Origin: Callorhinchus milii
Lineage: Eukaryota
Reading direction: 5' to 3'
Length of the DNA stretch: 64,000 nucleotides
Assembly: GCF_018977255.1 (NCBI RefSeq)
Contig: NW_024704743.1
Span: 5,148,001-5,212,000, forward strand
Made by a program: the position numbers and the translations under genes. The stretch's first letter is position 1, and the number at the start of each line of letters is the position of its first letter. The notes beneath the pieces are model-generated. The model was not told where the DNA came from. It saw only the letters and a list, made by a program, of their open reading frames with translations, and did no database searches. Below, piece by piece: positions 22,966 through 37,400 of this stretch.

Positions 22966-24779
22966 TTTTCGGGCTAATAATCCCCCTTTTTTTAAAAAAA
23001 GATAGTAATTTGGTCACTCAATCCATGACTGTTTGTGGGACACTGCTGTGCGTAATTGGCTGCCGCGTTTTGCCCACAAAATATCCAGTTAATTCACTTT
23101 ACAATATATTCTGTGAGACGTCTCAAAACGTGATAAGGCGCTATATCAAATGTAAGGATTATTATTATAATTAATGATTGTTGGTAAATTTGGAGGATTC
23201 TTGAACTAGACACCAGGAGCAATTCTGTTTTGATTGATTTCATGAACCTTAATGTCCACCTGAACTGGCAGAGGGTGCCTCAGTCTCATCCCAAAGATGG
23301 TCAGTGGAAAAACTGCATAATATATATCCTAAAAATCCTGTGTTTCTGTGTCCGGCTGTAGTGAGGGCCAAGCTGGCTAATTGCTGCCCAATAACAGACT
23401 CACACAGTAGCACATGCGAGGTATGGGTTGCTCAATACAACAGTATTTTAAATGAATATAGCAGTGGAAATGTGTGTGTGTGTATATATATATAAATATA
23501 TATTTATATAACAGTATATCCTGTGATGCGCTTTGAGACGTCTCGAAGACATGATAAGGAGCTATTTCAAATGCAAGGATTATTGTTATATTATAAATGT
23601 TCATGGAATCATAGAATATTTCTAACATGGGAAGAGGCCATTTGTCCCATTGTGTGCTGGAAATTGGAAAACAACACAAATAGGTGGTGGACGTGGGAAG
23701 AAGACACTGCTGAAGTTGACGGCAATTCTAACCAGCTGATGTTTCTGCAAGTTGCCCTGGCAGTGAGCCATGGGCTCTTTCTTACTTGAGAACGTGTTTT
23801 CTTTTCTCCTCCTTGTGTGAGAGGGCGGGGGTGGGTTGGGGGGTTGTGAGCTGACAGAGAACAGCTGCTGCAAGAAGAGCAAAACTAAGGTAAACTTGCC
23901 CAAATATCCTCTTTAAACAGGAAGCACAATATTCCCAGAATGAATATTGCATGCTATGCTGAGTTAGATAGACCCTTTCAGCAGACACAAGGAGATCACT
24001 TGTATCATTGGAGGTGGGTCTGTCAGTTTTAATACTAGTCACCGGCTTTAGAGTAAGTGAGTTGTGGTTGTAACTTTGTGCCAAATAATAATCCTTGCAT
24101 TAGATATAGCGCCTTAGACATTGGGACATCTCAAGGCACTTCACAGAATATATTGTAAATTGTAGTGACTGAATATTTTGTGAGCAAAATCAGCAAAATC
24201 AGCAGCCAATTACGCACAGCAGTGTCCCACAAACAGCCTTTAGACTAAATGAGTTGTGGTTGTAACATTGAGCCAGACCATGTTAATAATAATCTGTGCG
24301 TTCATATAGTGCCTTATCACATCGTCAAGATGTCTCAAAGTGCTTCACAGGATATACTGTATAGTGGAGTGACAGTATTTTGTGGGTTAATGGGACAGCT
24401 GCACACAGCAGTGTCCCACAAACAGCCATGGAGCGAGTGACCAGTTTTATTTGGGGATTTTTTGATCAGGACACCGGAAGAGAAAACTCCCTTCTCTTTT
24501 CGAATAGCACTGTGGTATCTTTAACTTCCACCTGAACGGGCAGATGGTTTTACATCTCATCCGAAGGATAACACCTCCGGCGATGCAGCCCCTGCCCCAG
24601 CACTGCATTGGATTGTCAGCTTAGACTATGATTCAAGTATTGATGTGGGGCTTGAATCCACAACCAGACTCAAAGGCAAGAGTGCTACCACTGAGCCAGG
24701 CATTAATATCATTCACCATCTTTGGGATCCTTCAACCCTTTGATAAATTGGTTGAGTCTGCTAGTGTTTATCATTCACT

Positions 24780-24925
24780 GCATTTACTCTTCAAGGACCA
24801 CAAGGTCTCAGTGTAGGTTAAGCTTGTGGTGTATAAGCCATGTCCAAACACTTCTACATGGTTCTGAGCTCATGGGCAACCAGTGGAGAGGACCCATTGG
24901 CCCATTTGTGAAGTCCAGCACCAAG
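24780..24925 (+). mobile_element. RTE-clade LINE fragment
   Basis: FKDHKVSV*VKLVVYK..TLLHGSE resembles RTE TKLKVYKAVV..TLLYGSETW. Confidence 0.5.
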
Positions 24926-25292
24926 CAGTGAGGTGGATTTGTGTTAAATAGAGCAAGTGGCTCCAGGGAGGAAGGGAGGGCTCTGGGTTACATTGGTCTA
25001 TTACTATGTACCTGGAGACAGAGTCAGCTTTCAACCTGTCTCCAAAATTAGGTAAGCAGGGTGTGTCCCTCCAGGGAGAGAGAGAGAGAGAGTGCGAATG
25101 GAAATTTCCATGTGTAGGTAGGTGACAGACCAATTCGGAACTCAAGTCTGGTTTGGATACTCTTACCCTTGGTGCTGGGTGTCTGTATGTGTCTGATACA
25201 GATACCTGGCTGACCTTCACTGTGTTTGTGGCTGTGGGTGGTGGGTGACAATATTTGTAAGCTGCAATCTAAACTGGTTTTGTGTCTTGCAG

Positions 25293-25408
25293 GGCTGTGA
25301 CCCCTTTGCCCAGACTCAACGGAGCAAACTGCAAAACCGCCGAGCCCGCATTAACCAACAGATTAACAAGGAGATGCGAATGCGAGCAGGAGCTGAGAAT
25401 CTATTTCG
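25293..25408 (+). CDS. RHPN1: RHPN1 exon 2 ([39 protein letters not shown])
   Basis: ttgcag acceptor, GTGAGT donor, 116 nt, HR1 domain. Confidence 0.95.
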
Positions 25409-28400
25409 GTGAGTCCTGCCATGATCTGGGATGTACAGATGCCTGGGGACTTCTGAGAGATTGTGTGATGTGCTGGGTGGGGTGTTTCAATTTTATTCAT
25501 GTTTTTGCACCAATTTCTTTAACCCCCACCCCCGTCCCCTCTCTCCCATTTGATACAGCGCCTTATCACATCAAGAAATCGCAAAGCTCACCGGATTTAC
25601 TGTGAAGTGCAGTGACTCTAATTTTGTAGGAAAATGCAGCAGAAACAAGTGGACATAGATTTTAGATAAATGGCGAAAGAATTTGAGGGGAGATGAGATT
25701 TTTTTTACACACCGAGTTGTTACGGTCTTGAATGCACTGCCTGAAAGAATGCTACCAGGGATGAGGGACTACAATTATGTGGAGAGGCTAGAGAGGCTGG
25801 GTTATTCTCCTTAGAGCAGAGAAGGTTGAGGGGAGATTTGATAGAGTTGTTCAAAATTATGAGGGGTTTTGATAAAGTAGGTAGTGAGAAACTGTTTCCA
25901 CTGGCAGGCAGGTCGGTAACCAGAGAATACCAATTTTAAGATAATTGGCAAAAGAACCAGAAGGGAGATGAAGAGACTTTTTTTTTACACAGAGAGTTGT
26001 TGCGGTCTGGAATGCACTGCCTGAAAGGGTGGTGGAGATTGATTCAATAACAACTTTCAAAAGGGAATTAGATAGGTACTTGAAAAGGAAAAATTTGCAA
26101 GAATATGGGGAAAGAGCGGGGGAGTGGTACTCATTGGGTAGCTCATCGAACTGGCACAGGCTGTAATATGTGCTGTAATATTCTATGATCATGAAGTGAA
26201 TGACTAATTGAATCTGGGGGAATTTGGCCAGGACATTGGGAGAAGAGAGAAACTCCCTTCTCTTTTCCAATAGTGTAAACATCTCGACAATGCATTGCCA
26301 CCTGCACCCTCCCCAGCACTTTTTCCCCCAATTTAAGTTGTGCAATATGACAGCTGAGCAGTTTGTCAGTTCTCTTAGAACAGAATTAGATAGGTGCTTG
26401 ACAGGAACCAATATTAGAAGGGGACAGGCTGCTCTCTCCTCACTCGGCTCCATTATCTCCCCCACTCGTTCTAGTGGCTCCCCAACCACTAGGTTGGTTA
26501 GAAGTGAAATCTGAAACTCTTTCCTCAGGCCAAAGGTTTTATTGGCTGATGTGTGATGTTGCTGCAGGGCCACAACGAACCACAAGGTGAAGGAGACGGT
26601 GGCGCTGGAGCTGAGCTTTGTCAACTCCAACCTACAGTTGCTGAAGGAAGAGCTGGAAGAACTCAATAGCTCGGTGGAGGTGTATCAGAACGAAAAGTGA
26701 GTATCCGTTCAGTCACTTCTTCTGCTTTCGATTTGTTTCAGAAACTCAGTACTGTCCAAAGGTTCAGCCAGGAATCCGTGAGAAATCTGTTTTTCTTTGT
26801 GATTTTTTTTGTGGGGTAAGGAATGGTAACAACTCTGCATTGATACAGGACCTTATCAATCATCAATGCCTCGGTGTGCTTCACAAATGTACTGTGAATG
26901 TCACATCTTGGAGAGGGTGCAGAGGAGATTTACTGGGATGGTACCAGGGATGAGGGACTTTAGTTATGTGGCAAGAACTACAAAACCTTGGATTGTTCAC
27001 CTTGGAGCAGAGAAGGTTAAGGGGAGACTTAATAGAGGTGTTCAAAATTATGAGGAGTTTTGATAGAGTAGCTAGGGAGAAACTGTTTCCTCTCGCTGGT
27101 GAGTCAATAATCAGAGGACATAGATTCACGGTAATTATCAAAAGAACCAGAGGGGAGATGAGAATTTTTTTTTTACACAGAATTGTTACGGTCTGGAATG
27201 CACTGCCTGAAAGGGTGGTAGAAACAGAATCAATAACTTTCAAAAGGGAATTAGCCAGGCAGTTGAAAAGAAGAAAAGTGCAAGGATATGGGGAAAGAAC
27301 AGGGGAGTGGGACCGATTGGATAGCTCTTCCAAAGAGCTGGCACAGGCACGATGGGCCAAATGGCCTCCTTCTGTGCTGTAATGTTCTATGATTCTATAA
27401 TGTGGCAGCCAATTTGCGCACAGCAATGTCCAAGAAACAGTCAATGAAGTGAATGACCAATTTTATTTAGGGGATATGTTGACCATGGAGTTGTGTGGTG
27501 ACTGGACCAGTCACCCATTTCTTCTAACCAGTATACAGTTGCGAGTAAATGCTACGTGTAAGCTTGATCAAGTCATCTTTGGAGCGAAATAGCTTAATTT
27601 TATACATTTGTGTTGGTCAGCCATGTGTCTGACACATGCACAGGAATGTAAGCCCATTGGAAAAAGGCAATTCTCGGGTTTATATCTAGAGGCAAATAGT
27701 GTAAAAGCATGGAAGTAATGCTCCAGGACCTTGCTTTGGTCTTTGGAGCGTTTGTGGTTTTGGCCACTCCATTTACAGGAAAGCTGTAAAGGCAATAGAA
27801 AATATTTTAGCCAGAGAGTTGTTACGGTCTGGAATGCACTACCTAAAAGGGTGTTGGAAACAGATTCGGTAATAGCTTTCAAAAAGGGAATTGGATAGGT
27901 ATTTAAACAGGAAGAATTTGCAGGGCTATGGGTTAAGAGCAGAGGAGCGGGACTAGTTGGTAGCTCTTTTAAAGAGCCGGCGCAGGAGGAGGCCATGATG
28001 GGCCGAATGGCCTCCTTCTGCGCTGGAATTTTGTTGTTGTAAAATTCTATGAAAGGAAACAGCATAGATTGATAGGGTGTAACCAAGAATGGGGGGGAGG
28101 CGAGGAGTGACGAGAAATTGGGACTGATTTCACTTGATCTGAGGTGAAGTGGTGACTGGATGGAGGTCTTTTAGATTATGAAGGATTGCGATAGAGTAAA
28201 TAGTGATAGATTGTTTCCACTAGTTAGTAACTGGAGAACACAACTTTAATTGAATTCACAAACATTAATTATTAATAATAATCCTTGCATTTGATATAGC
28301 ACCTTATCGAGGCTTTGCGATGTCTCAAAGTGCTTCACAGAATATACTGTAAAGTGATTGACTGTATATTTCACGGGCAAAATTAAAGGGAGGTTAGAAA

Positions 28401-31400
28401 ATTATTTTTGGGGCTAAAATCTTAGGCAAGTTTCCTTACTCCACACGCCTCTGGTTACCTAGCTGTAAGTAGGAACACAGTTGTTAGTCGATTGGCGGAT
28501 CGCGATAATAATCCTTTCAAAAAAAAATTGGGGCACTCGATCCACCACTGTTTAGATACTGCTGTGCGCAATTGGCCTAAGCATTTCGCCCACAAAATAC
28601 AGTCCACTTTACAGTAGATTCTGTGACGTGCTTTGAGACGTGTCAGATCATCATTATTGTTATAAAATAATAATTGTAATCGGAGGGTAGTGAGAATCTG
28701 GATTGTGAAAAGTGATTGCGGATCCTGCCATAACCACTGTGTTTTGCAGGGCGCGCCATGTCCTAATACATCCCCCTGGGTGTGAAACCCACTTCTCTGA
28801 ACCTCTTCCTTTGTTATTTGTGATTCGCTCTTTGAGAAGCAGCTTTGGGCTGGTGGAGGTTAGCGGGTGACTGCTGTGCACGATTCCTGTGCTCACGCTC
28901 ACAAACTCGTGTGGCCTGTTTGTTTTGTTCTCGTTATTCCTGATCCTGCAGAAGTTTCCCACGTAACTCAGCACAGTGAAAGCTGCACTCCCATAAAGAG
29001 TTTCTTTCATAAGGGCTGGTTGATGGCATGTTTTTGGTCACACACGGCCTCGTTAGGGAGGATTGCTGACCTCTGCTCTCCCTCCTCATTAATTCTATCT
29101 CCTGAGAGGCCCCTCTGGGTATTCCTGAGAAAGTACTGCAGGAGGTGGTGGCTGAGTGGCTGGCTGTGTGATCAGAATGTGACGTAACAAAATAATAATA
29201 ATCCTTGCATTTAATATAGTGCCTTATCACATCTTCGAGGCATCTCAAAGCGCTTCACAGAATATGCTGTAAAATGAATTGACTGTATATCTTGTGGGTG
29301 AAACGCAGCAGCAAATTGTGCACAGCAGTGTCCCACAACAGTCCCGTTGATTGAGTGACCAAATTATTATTTTTTTTNGGAGGGATTTTTAACCCCAGAA
29401 AAGCGACCGGCCAATCGATTAACAACCGGGTTCACTGCTAGGTAAACAGAGGCGTGTGGAGCAAGGAAACTTGCCTGACGTTTCGCCCTACCGGGAATCA
29501 AACCCAGGTCCTCTCGCTTGCTAGGCGAGTGCTCGAGTCACCAAGCTGCAGGACTCCACATTGAATGGAGTAGACTGCCAACAGAGGGGAGGAAGCCAGA
29601 GTGAAGAGAATAGAGGCTGGCATGGAGTGAGTGGAGGAGTAAGGCAGTGCCAGCTCTGGAGTTGGCTGTCGAAAACAGCCGTTTGACAAAGAGAAGAACG
29701 AGGCGGGGTGAATACATTGTTTAGTAACCGTGCACCTCAACCCGTCTGTCATGCATTTTATTGCTCTCAACTGTATGTTTTTCTTTGAAGGGGGAATAGC
29801 TCATTGAAACAGATGTACCGGAACCTCTCAAACAGGTGGGTGTGAGCTGTCTGACGTTTGCGCTGCACTGGGTTGAGAGGAGTTTCTGAATTACTTTTCA
29901 GACGGGATGGAAAGAAATTTAATCTAATCGAGGTGAACACTTGGCTGGGTTCCTGTGTCAAGGACTCGCTTCAACTGCAATCAAAGATGCATAATCCCCA
30001 TCCTGCCATTCCAAACACCTGGCTACATTTCACTTGGAAGGGATGAGAAGGAGATTTACTTAGCGTGTTTCTCAGGAGAGTCAGTCTAACAAGCCTGTTT
30101 TACCAGTTTATTTCCTGGTTCTGTTGTGAGCTAATAGATACTTGGGAACAAAATGGTATTGAGGGTGGGGGTGTGGTTTTCCCTTCCTAACCCCTCAGTA
30201 CTCTTACTCTGCACGTATTTATCTATCTCCCTTTTAAACATTGATTCTACCGCTTGGTGCTGTGCTCCACATTTTCAATACTTTCTACAATACAATATAA
30301 ATGTACATTGATACAGTGCCTTTCACATCGGGAGGTGTATGAGCACCATCATTTTCATGGCCGATAATGATCAACCATCGCCATGTTCGTTGGCATATCT
30401 TATGGATGGAGAGTTAGAAACGAGGCAAAAATGTACCTCTGACAGCGTGGAATCTTGTAGTGTATTGTTTAGAGCACTCGCCTCGCATGTGAGAGGACCC
30501 AGGTTCGATTTCCGGGCGGGGCGAAACCTTAGGCAAATTGCTTTACTTCACACGCCTCTGTTTACCTAGCAATAAGTAGGAACCAGGTTCGTTGATTGAC
30601 GGATGACTTTCCAGGGATAATAATCCCTCAAAAAAAATGTGGTTACTCAATCCACAACTGTTTGTGGGACACTTCTGTGCGCAATCGGCTGCCACATTTC
30701 GCCCACAAAATATACAGTCAATTCGTTTTACAATATATTCTGTGAAATACTTTGAGACATCTCGAAGACGTGATCAGGCCCTATACCAAATGCAAGGATT
30801 ATTATTATCAGAGTAGCAGTCATTTTAAATGGATTGAACCGTAGATCACAACCTGCCGATGGAAGAGTTGCTATTTAGCGGAGGGAGGATTTCTGTAACA
30901 ATAATGAAGACTTTTGAAAGCAGAAGTGATCAAAGAGCTGTTTATGTTGCAGTGAATCTGTCAGTGTTCCCATGATTCCTCTGGGCCTGAAGGAAACAAA
31001 GGAAGTGGACTTTACAGCTGCTGTGAAGGTGGGTGATTTTCCCTTTAATCGTGACACCTGGAGTCTGCAATGTTACTGCAAATAACTTGTGTGTAAATAA
31101 TTTATTGTTCAATATTAAACATGGTTGTCTGTCCCTTTGGCTGATCTGGTATTACACCAGTTCAAGCCAGGCTCCACTGTCTTCCTATGGCCGAACAGCT
31201 GGATTTATTTTACAAAAACGAGCAGGTTATTAATGAGGTTGCTTTGGTTTTGACCCTCGGCAGGATTTTATCAGGGAGCACTATCATGAAGATGGCTCAA
31301 AGTATGATCAAGAAATGAAGGAGCTGCTGGACCTGCGGCAGGTAGGTTGAACAACAACAACTTTTGCATTTATACAGCCCTTCACGTGGGGCAGTGTCTC

Positions 31401-34400
31401 GGTGCACTTAACAATTGCGTAGCCTGACGCCGAGCCAGGGGGAGAGAGGAGGTGACCGTAAGTACAATCGAAGAGGTAGGCCTTCAGTCGTGACTTAAAA
31501 GAGGGGAAGGAGGAGGGATTGAGGGAGAGATTTCCGAAGATTCGGGGTGTAGTGGCTGAAAGTGGGGCCGCCGATGGTGGAGCGGAGAAGACGATGGAAA
31601 AACAGGAGGACAGGGCTAGCCAAAGGGAGGCAGCAAGCAGTGGATTGGGAAGTAAGCAGTTCAGAGAGGTAGGGAGGTGCCAAAGCGTGAAGGGTTTGTA
31701 AGTGAGTGAGACATAACATACCATAACACATAGGAGCAGGAGTAGGCCATTCGGCCCTTCAAGCCTGCCCCGCCATTCAATCATGGCTGATCTTCTAATC
31801 TAACTCCAGCTAATAACCTGACCCTGCCTTAACCCCATATCCCTTAATCCCTTTTGCAATAAGAAATATATCTATTTCAGTCTTGAATATGTTCAAGGAC
31901 TGAGCGTCAACAGCCCTTTGGGGTAGCGAGTTCCATACATTCACCACCCTTTGAGTGAAGAAGTTCTTCCTCAACTCAGTGGAGCCTGACTGCTGTGATA
32001 TGGAATTTAGTGTGAGTGAGAATATGGGTGGCGGAGTTCTGTGTTAGTTGTAGTTTGTGGGTAGTGGAGAGGGGAGACTGGCGAGGATAGTATTGGAGTA
32101 GTCAAGGTGGGAGGTTACGAAGGTGTGGACAAGGGTTTCGGCTGCATTGTCGGTGAGATACGGTTGGAGGCTGGCAATGTGATGGAGGTGAGGAAAGCAG
32201 TCTTAGTTAGGGACCGAATGTAGGGGAAAAAGGACAACTAGTTGTTGAACCTGATGCCCAGGTTACGTACAATTTTGTTAAGTCTGAGGGATAGGTCGGG
32301 GAGGTTGAAGAGGGCAGAGCCGCAGGAGAGAAGATGTTGACAGAGCCAAGGATATCAACTTTCAGCTGCAGGAAGTTCATGCTCATCCAGGCCTTGGTGT
32401 CTGACAGACAAGCTGACAGAACATCTGCAGACCTGGAGTTACAGCTGGAGGAGGAGAAGTAGATTTGGGTGAAGGTTCCTTGGGGACATAAAGGATGAGT
32501 CGTTCAAGCCAAAGGAAAGCACTCAACTATTTGGGACTGAAGTGGAATTGTCCTGTTACAGCTTAGCTTTTGGGGGAGTAGGCGGCTTAGCCAGGATTTG
32601 TTTATCTGCCCTGGAAGGAATGTTTCTGTCACATAGTTACTATCACTTGCCATCAGCAATATTAAAAAGCAATCTGCTTTGAGGAGGTCACATGAGACAT
32701 CAGTGTTTTTTTAAGTTTCATTCTTCCTTTAAGTTTATTATTAATCTGCTGTACAGTATTTTGCCTTTTCCATCTTACCTAATTCTGGAGAGTATTAGGC
32801 GCAGGTTGATAAGATTGATAAGACCCAAGGGAACTCCAGAGCGTGCTAAAGCCGCATTGCTTGCCATTGAGAGCGGTGTCTGGCAAGCTTTTCTGCTGCT
32901 TATCCAACCAGTTAGGACTTTGGCTTGCAAGGTTAATAGGAAATGAGTAGGATGACTCCCTGCCCCCCAGTGGCTGGTCTGTCCCTCGGCTGTCATCAGC
33001 AGTGCCCTGGATTAATACTGCGGACTCGCCTTGCTCAGGAACCTGACACTAAAGTCTGTCTGAGAGGGCTGGCTTGATTCCGACATTCTGTTGCCCAGCA
33101 TGTCACCTTGGAGCCAGTTCAGTCCCAAGGAGACTCCACTTACCTCCTACCATTTTTATCTCTTTTTTCCCCCTTCCCCAAGGAGATTAGATTGTTTTTA
33201 TATTCACGCCCCTTGTTATGGACAGGCCAATGAGAATCCAGCCTATTAATCTCCATCTTTTCATTTTAGAGAGAAAAGCTTCGACTTGTCTTATCTTTTC
33301 TGATCCCTGTATCCACTCATCCCTGGAGAACATCGTAAAGGTTTCGCCCACAAATATCCAGTCAATTCACTATTCTGTTCTGTGAAGCGCTTTGAGACGT
33401 CGAGAAGACGTGAAAAGCGCTATATCAAATGCAAGGATTATTATTACTATATAAACTACTCTCTCTCCAATGTTACACGATCCTTCCTGTTGTACGGCGA
33501 TTGGAACTGCACACAGTATCCAAATGTGGTCTACCCAAGGTTTTATATAAATGTAATATGACATCCCTACCTTTGTAATCTATTATCTCTGGACATAAAG
33601 CCTAGGGCTTTGTTTCTCAGGATTAAAACAAGATCAGGTTGGATTTCTTTTTCACAGAGGGTTGTTACAATGAGGAATCACTCAACTCTATAGTTGAAGC
33701 CAAGTCTAATAGATTGAAAAGGAATTGGATAAATACACCAGGAAACTTATTCAAAGGTGCAGAGTAGAGGAGTAGAATTAGGTTGAGAGATCCAGTAGGG
33801 GAGGAAGCCCCAGCGCAGACACGATGGGGAGAGAGCAGGGAATGGGATTTGAGGAGAAAGCTCCAGTGGAAGAGCTAGTACCTGCATTGATGGATCAAAT
33901 GACCTCCTCCCTTCCTGTGAAATAAACCTTCCATGATGTGAGCTTTGGTTTTGGCTGAATAGCCCATTACATTAACTCGCTCTGATGTTTGCCATCTCGA
34001 GGCTGTCCAATCCTGGCTCACTTAGCGGCTGTGCTGAAGTCATCAAATTTTAGTTATAAATTATGAGAATCTGTCTCTGCGGTGGTCTTTAGACCTGTAG
34101 CGGGTTGGCTATTTGGGTGTTCAGTACTCCAATACGCTTAGTGTTAAATATTATTCTGGGTATTGAAGGGATCAGACTCTCAGGCCAGGGAAAATGCAGG
34201 ATTATAACAGTGAAATTTCACATCTTGGTTCATTTTGAAATCAAGTCAGAATGTGTTGTTGAGAAGTTTAGTTGGTTGAATATCTTGTGTTGACATCTTT
34301 ACTGTGCCTCCATTTACCCCAGCTTGGAGACCCACGGAATCCGTCCATTTTTAATTGAGTGTGGCTGTTTGTGTGGGGGGTGGGGAGGGAATTTGGGTGT

Positions 34401-37400
34401 TAGAAATCTCGGCAGAGAGTGGCTATTTGTAGAGTCCTCGTAAACGAGAGGACCTGGGCTCGATTCCTGGGCAGGGCAGAATGTTGGACAAGTTTCCTTC
34501 CTCCACACACCTCAGCTTACCTAGCCGTAAGTAGGAACTCCGTTGTTAGTCGATTGTGGATTGCTTTCCGGGTGTAATAATCCCTTTCTAAAAAAAATAA
34601 AATAAAATAATTTGGTCACTCAATCCACTGCTGTGCGCAATTGACTGCCGCGTTTCGCCCACAAAATATAGTCGATACACTTTACAGTGTATTCTGTGAA
34701 GCGCTTTGAGACGTTTCGAAGATGTGATAATGCGCTATATCAAATGTAAGGATTACTATTATGACATTATATTGTGTTTGTTTACAGGCCATGCGAACCC
34801 CCAGCAGGAATGCTGCTGGCATTGAGCTGCTGATGGAATACTACAACCAACTCTACTTCATTGACAACCGCTTCTTCCCACCCAATAAACACTTGGGCAT
34901 CTTCTTTCACTGGTATATCTCACTGACTGGTGTCACACAGCTCCTGACTAAGCACCACATGTGCATTGCACCAAACTGGCAATTCTATTCTGAAAAAGAT
35001 CCCTGAGGCAGTGTGAAGTGCTTTTACTCACTAATGCTGAAAACCTTCCTTCTCTTACCCTCCCTACCCCCACCACCCCCACAATGCCAGCCATAACAAG
35101 ACCGAATCTGCATTTGATTCTGTTATTAATTGGCCTCAGCTCGGATTCTACACCTTACTGTGGTGTGTGTGACCTGGGCTGTGGGTGTGTGTGATGGGCT
35201 GCGGGGTGGGGGTGGGGTGTGTGAATGTGATGGGCTGCGTGTGACGGGCTGCGGGGGAGGTGTGTGCGTGTGACGGGCTGCGGGGGAGGTGTGTGCGTGT
35301 GACGGGCTGCGGGGGAGGTGTGCGTGACGGGCTGCGTGGAGGGGGGTGTGATGGACTGCGTGGAGGGGGGTGTGACGGGCTGCGGGCAATGGGCTGTGGG
35401 TGGGGGGGGTGGTGTGTGACTGGCTGACTGATGGTTAGCTGGGTGAGCCGTAAAGCTTGTGGCAGTTAGGACACTGTTAGACAGAGACAGTTTGATACTG
35501 TGATGGGAGGATGGTGACTGCAGATTCTGCAACGAAGCCACGGAAACCACGTTGGCCGACGTTCTGTTTCCATCCCAACCTTTCACAGTGGCTATTTGGG
35601 TTATGTTACTGGAGGCCATTGACTCAGACACCTATTGACCAAAATAAGATTGTGTTCTTCCCTCCTTAAAAAAAAGTTTGTTATTTCTAGAAATGTTGAC
35701 CTAGGTTCCTACCACCATCTCTCGGCAGGTATGACTCTCTGACAGGAGTTCCTTCCTACCAGAGGGCTCTGGCGTTTGAAAAGGGCAGCGTGCTGTTTAA
35801 CATCGGCGCCCTGTACACACAGGTGGGTGCCCGGCAGGACCGCACCAGCCTGGAGGGCATCGACCACGCTATCAACGCCTTCCAGAAAGCTGCAGGTAAA
35901 TAATAATAATAATCCTTGCATTTGATGTAGCGCTTCATCATTTCTTCTAGACCGTCTCAAAGCGCTTCACAGCATATACTCCAAAGTGAATTGACTTTTG
36001 TGGGCGAAACCCAGAAAAGCAATCCGCAAATCGACTAACAACCGGGTTCCTACTTACTGCTAGGTATACAGAGGCGTGTGGGGCGCAAAGAGGTACAAAG
36101 AGTTTAATCCCAAACACAAGGATGCATACACAAGGAGGGACTTTGAGCTCGTAGTTTGGTTGACTCTACAATCCATATTTTGTTTGGTCAGCCCCACGAC
36201 TGACACATGCAGAAACCCATCACCGTGCTTAAGAGTATCCAAACCAAACAGAGTTTGGATACTCCTTGACATCCCACCTACAGATGGAAATCCCGTGTAT
36301 TGGAGTTGAGTGTGGACGGCAGGGCTGTGTCAGGAACTCCCTGTGAGCTTCCTGGTGGGCAATGCTGCCATCTTGCTGAGATACTCGCCCTTCTTCATCC
36401 ACAAACAGTGGAGGCGAGGAGAGGTGGACATTGCCTCCCCTCCCATGTCCAGTCACTTGTCAATGTGAAATGCTTGTCAAACTGCATTAGTTACAGAGCA
36501 GGGGGATTAGTCCTGCGTTAAGATGTTGTACAGATCTGAACAATTTGTGTCCAGACCCACATGAATCCAGTGAACCACAGGTCACAGCAGTCTATTCTTT
36601 TCTTTAATATATCGCCATTCAAGAACAGAAGAAGGCCATTCAGCTCGCTCCGTCGCAGTCTGTTCCATGATACCAGGGATGAGGAGAGACTAGAAAGGTT
36701 GGATTGTTCTTAAAAACAGATAAGGTTGAGGGGAGATTTAATAGAGGTGTTCAAAATATGAGGGGTTTTGATAAATAAGGAGAAACTGTTCCAACTGCCA
36801 GGTGGGTCAGTAACCAGAGGACACAGTTTCAAGATGATTGGCAAAAGAACTTGGGAGATGAGAAGAATTTGGGGTCACAGCCCCAGCCTGACCTCTCCCC
36901 ACCCACCTGTCACCCACAACACCAGGAAAGGGTGCTGTAGAGTGACGCGAAAAGGCACTGAGACCAGCGAGGACTGAGCTCCACCATAGGACTGCCCACG
37001 CCCCAATCTCCAGTAATTGACTGCTCCACTTGAACATTGTTTATCATGTTGATTTTCACAGACTCGGTCCGTTCTGTGCACATCTGCAGGCTATGATTGT
37101 TAAAACACAAACTGCCCCAAATCCTGTTTTCCTGTTTGCTGGTTTGTGTGTCAGTAACTTGACTTTCAGTCCCGAAGCTTGTTTGTGTTCTGTGCTGTTT
37201 CTGTGGCTTCCATTTTCAGTGTCAGAATAACACAGCGTCCATTCCTCCTAGGGGCTTTGAACTACCTGAAGGAGAACTTCTCGAACGCTCCGAGCTTGGA
37301 CATGAGCACGTCGTCCCTCAACATGCTGGTGAGGCTGATGATCGCACAGGTGCAGGAGTGCGTGTTTGAGAAGGTGGTGCTGGCAGGCATCAGCGCTCAG

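Noticed and set aside
25006..25057. ATG...AG|GTAAGC mini-exon just upstream of RHPN1 exon 2
   Set aside because: The donor is phase 1, out of frame with exon 2, and lies within a copy of the dispersed repeat.
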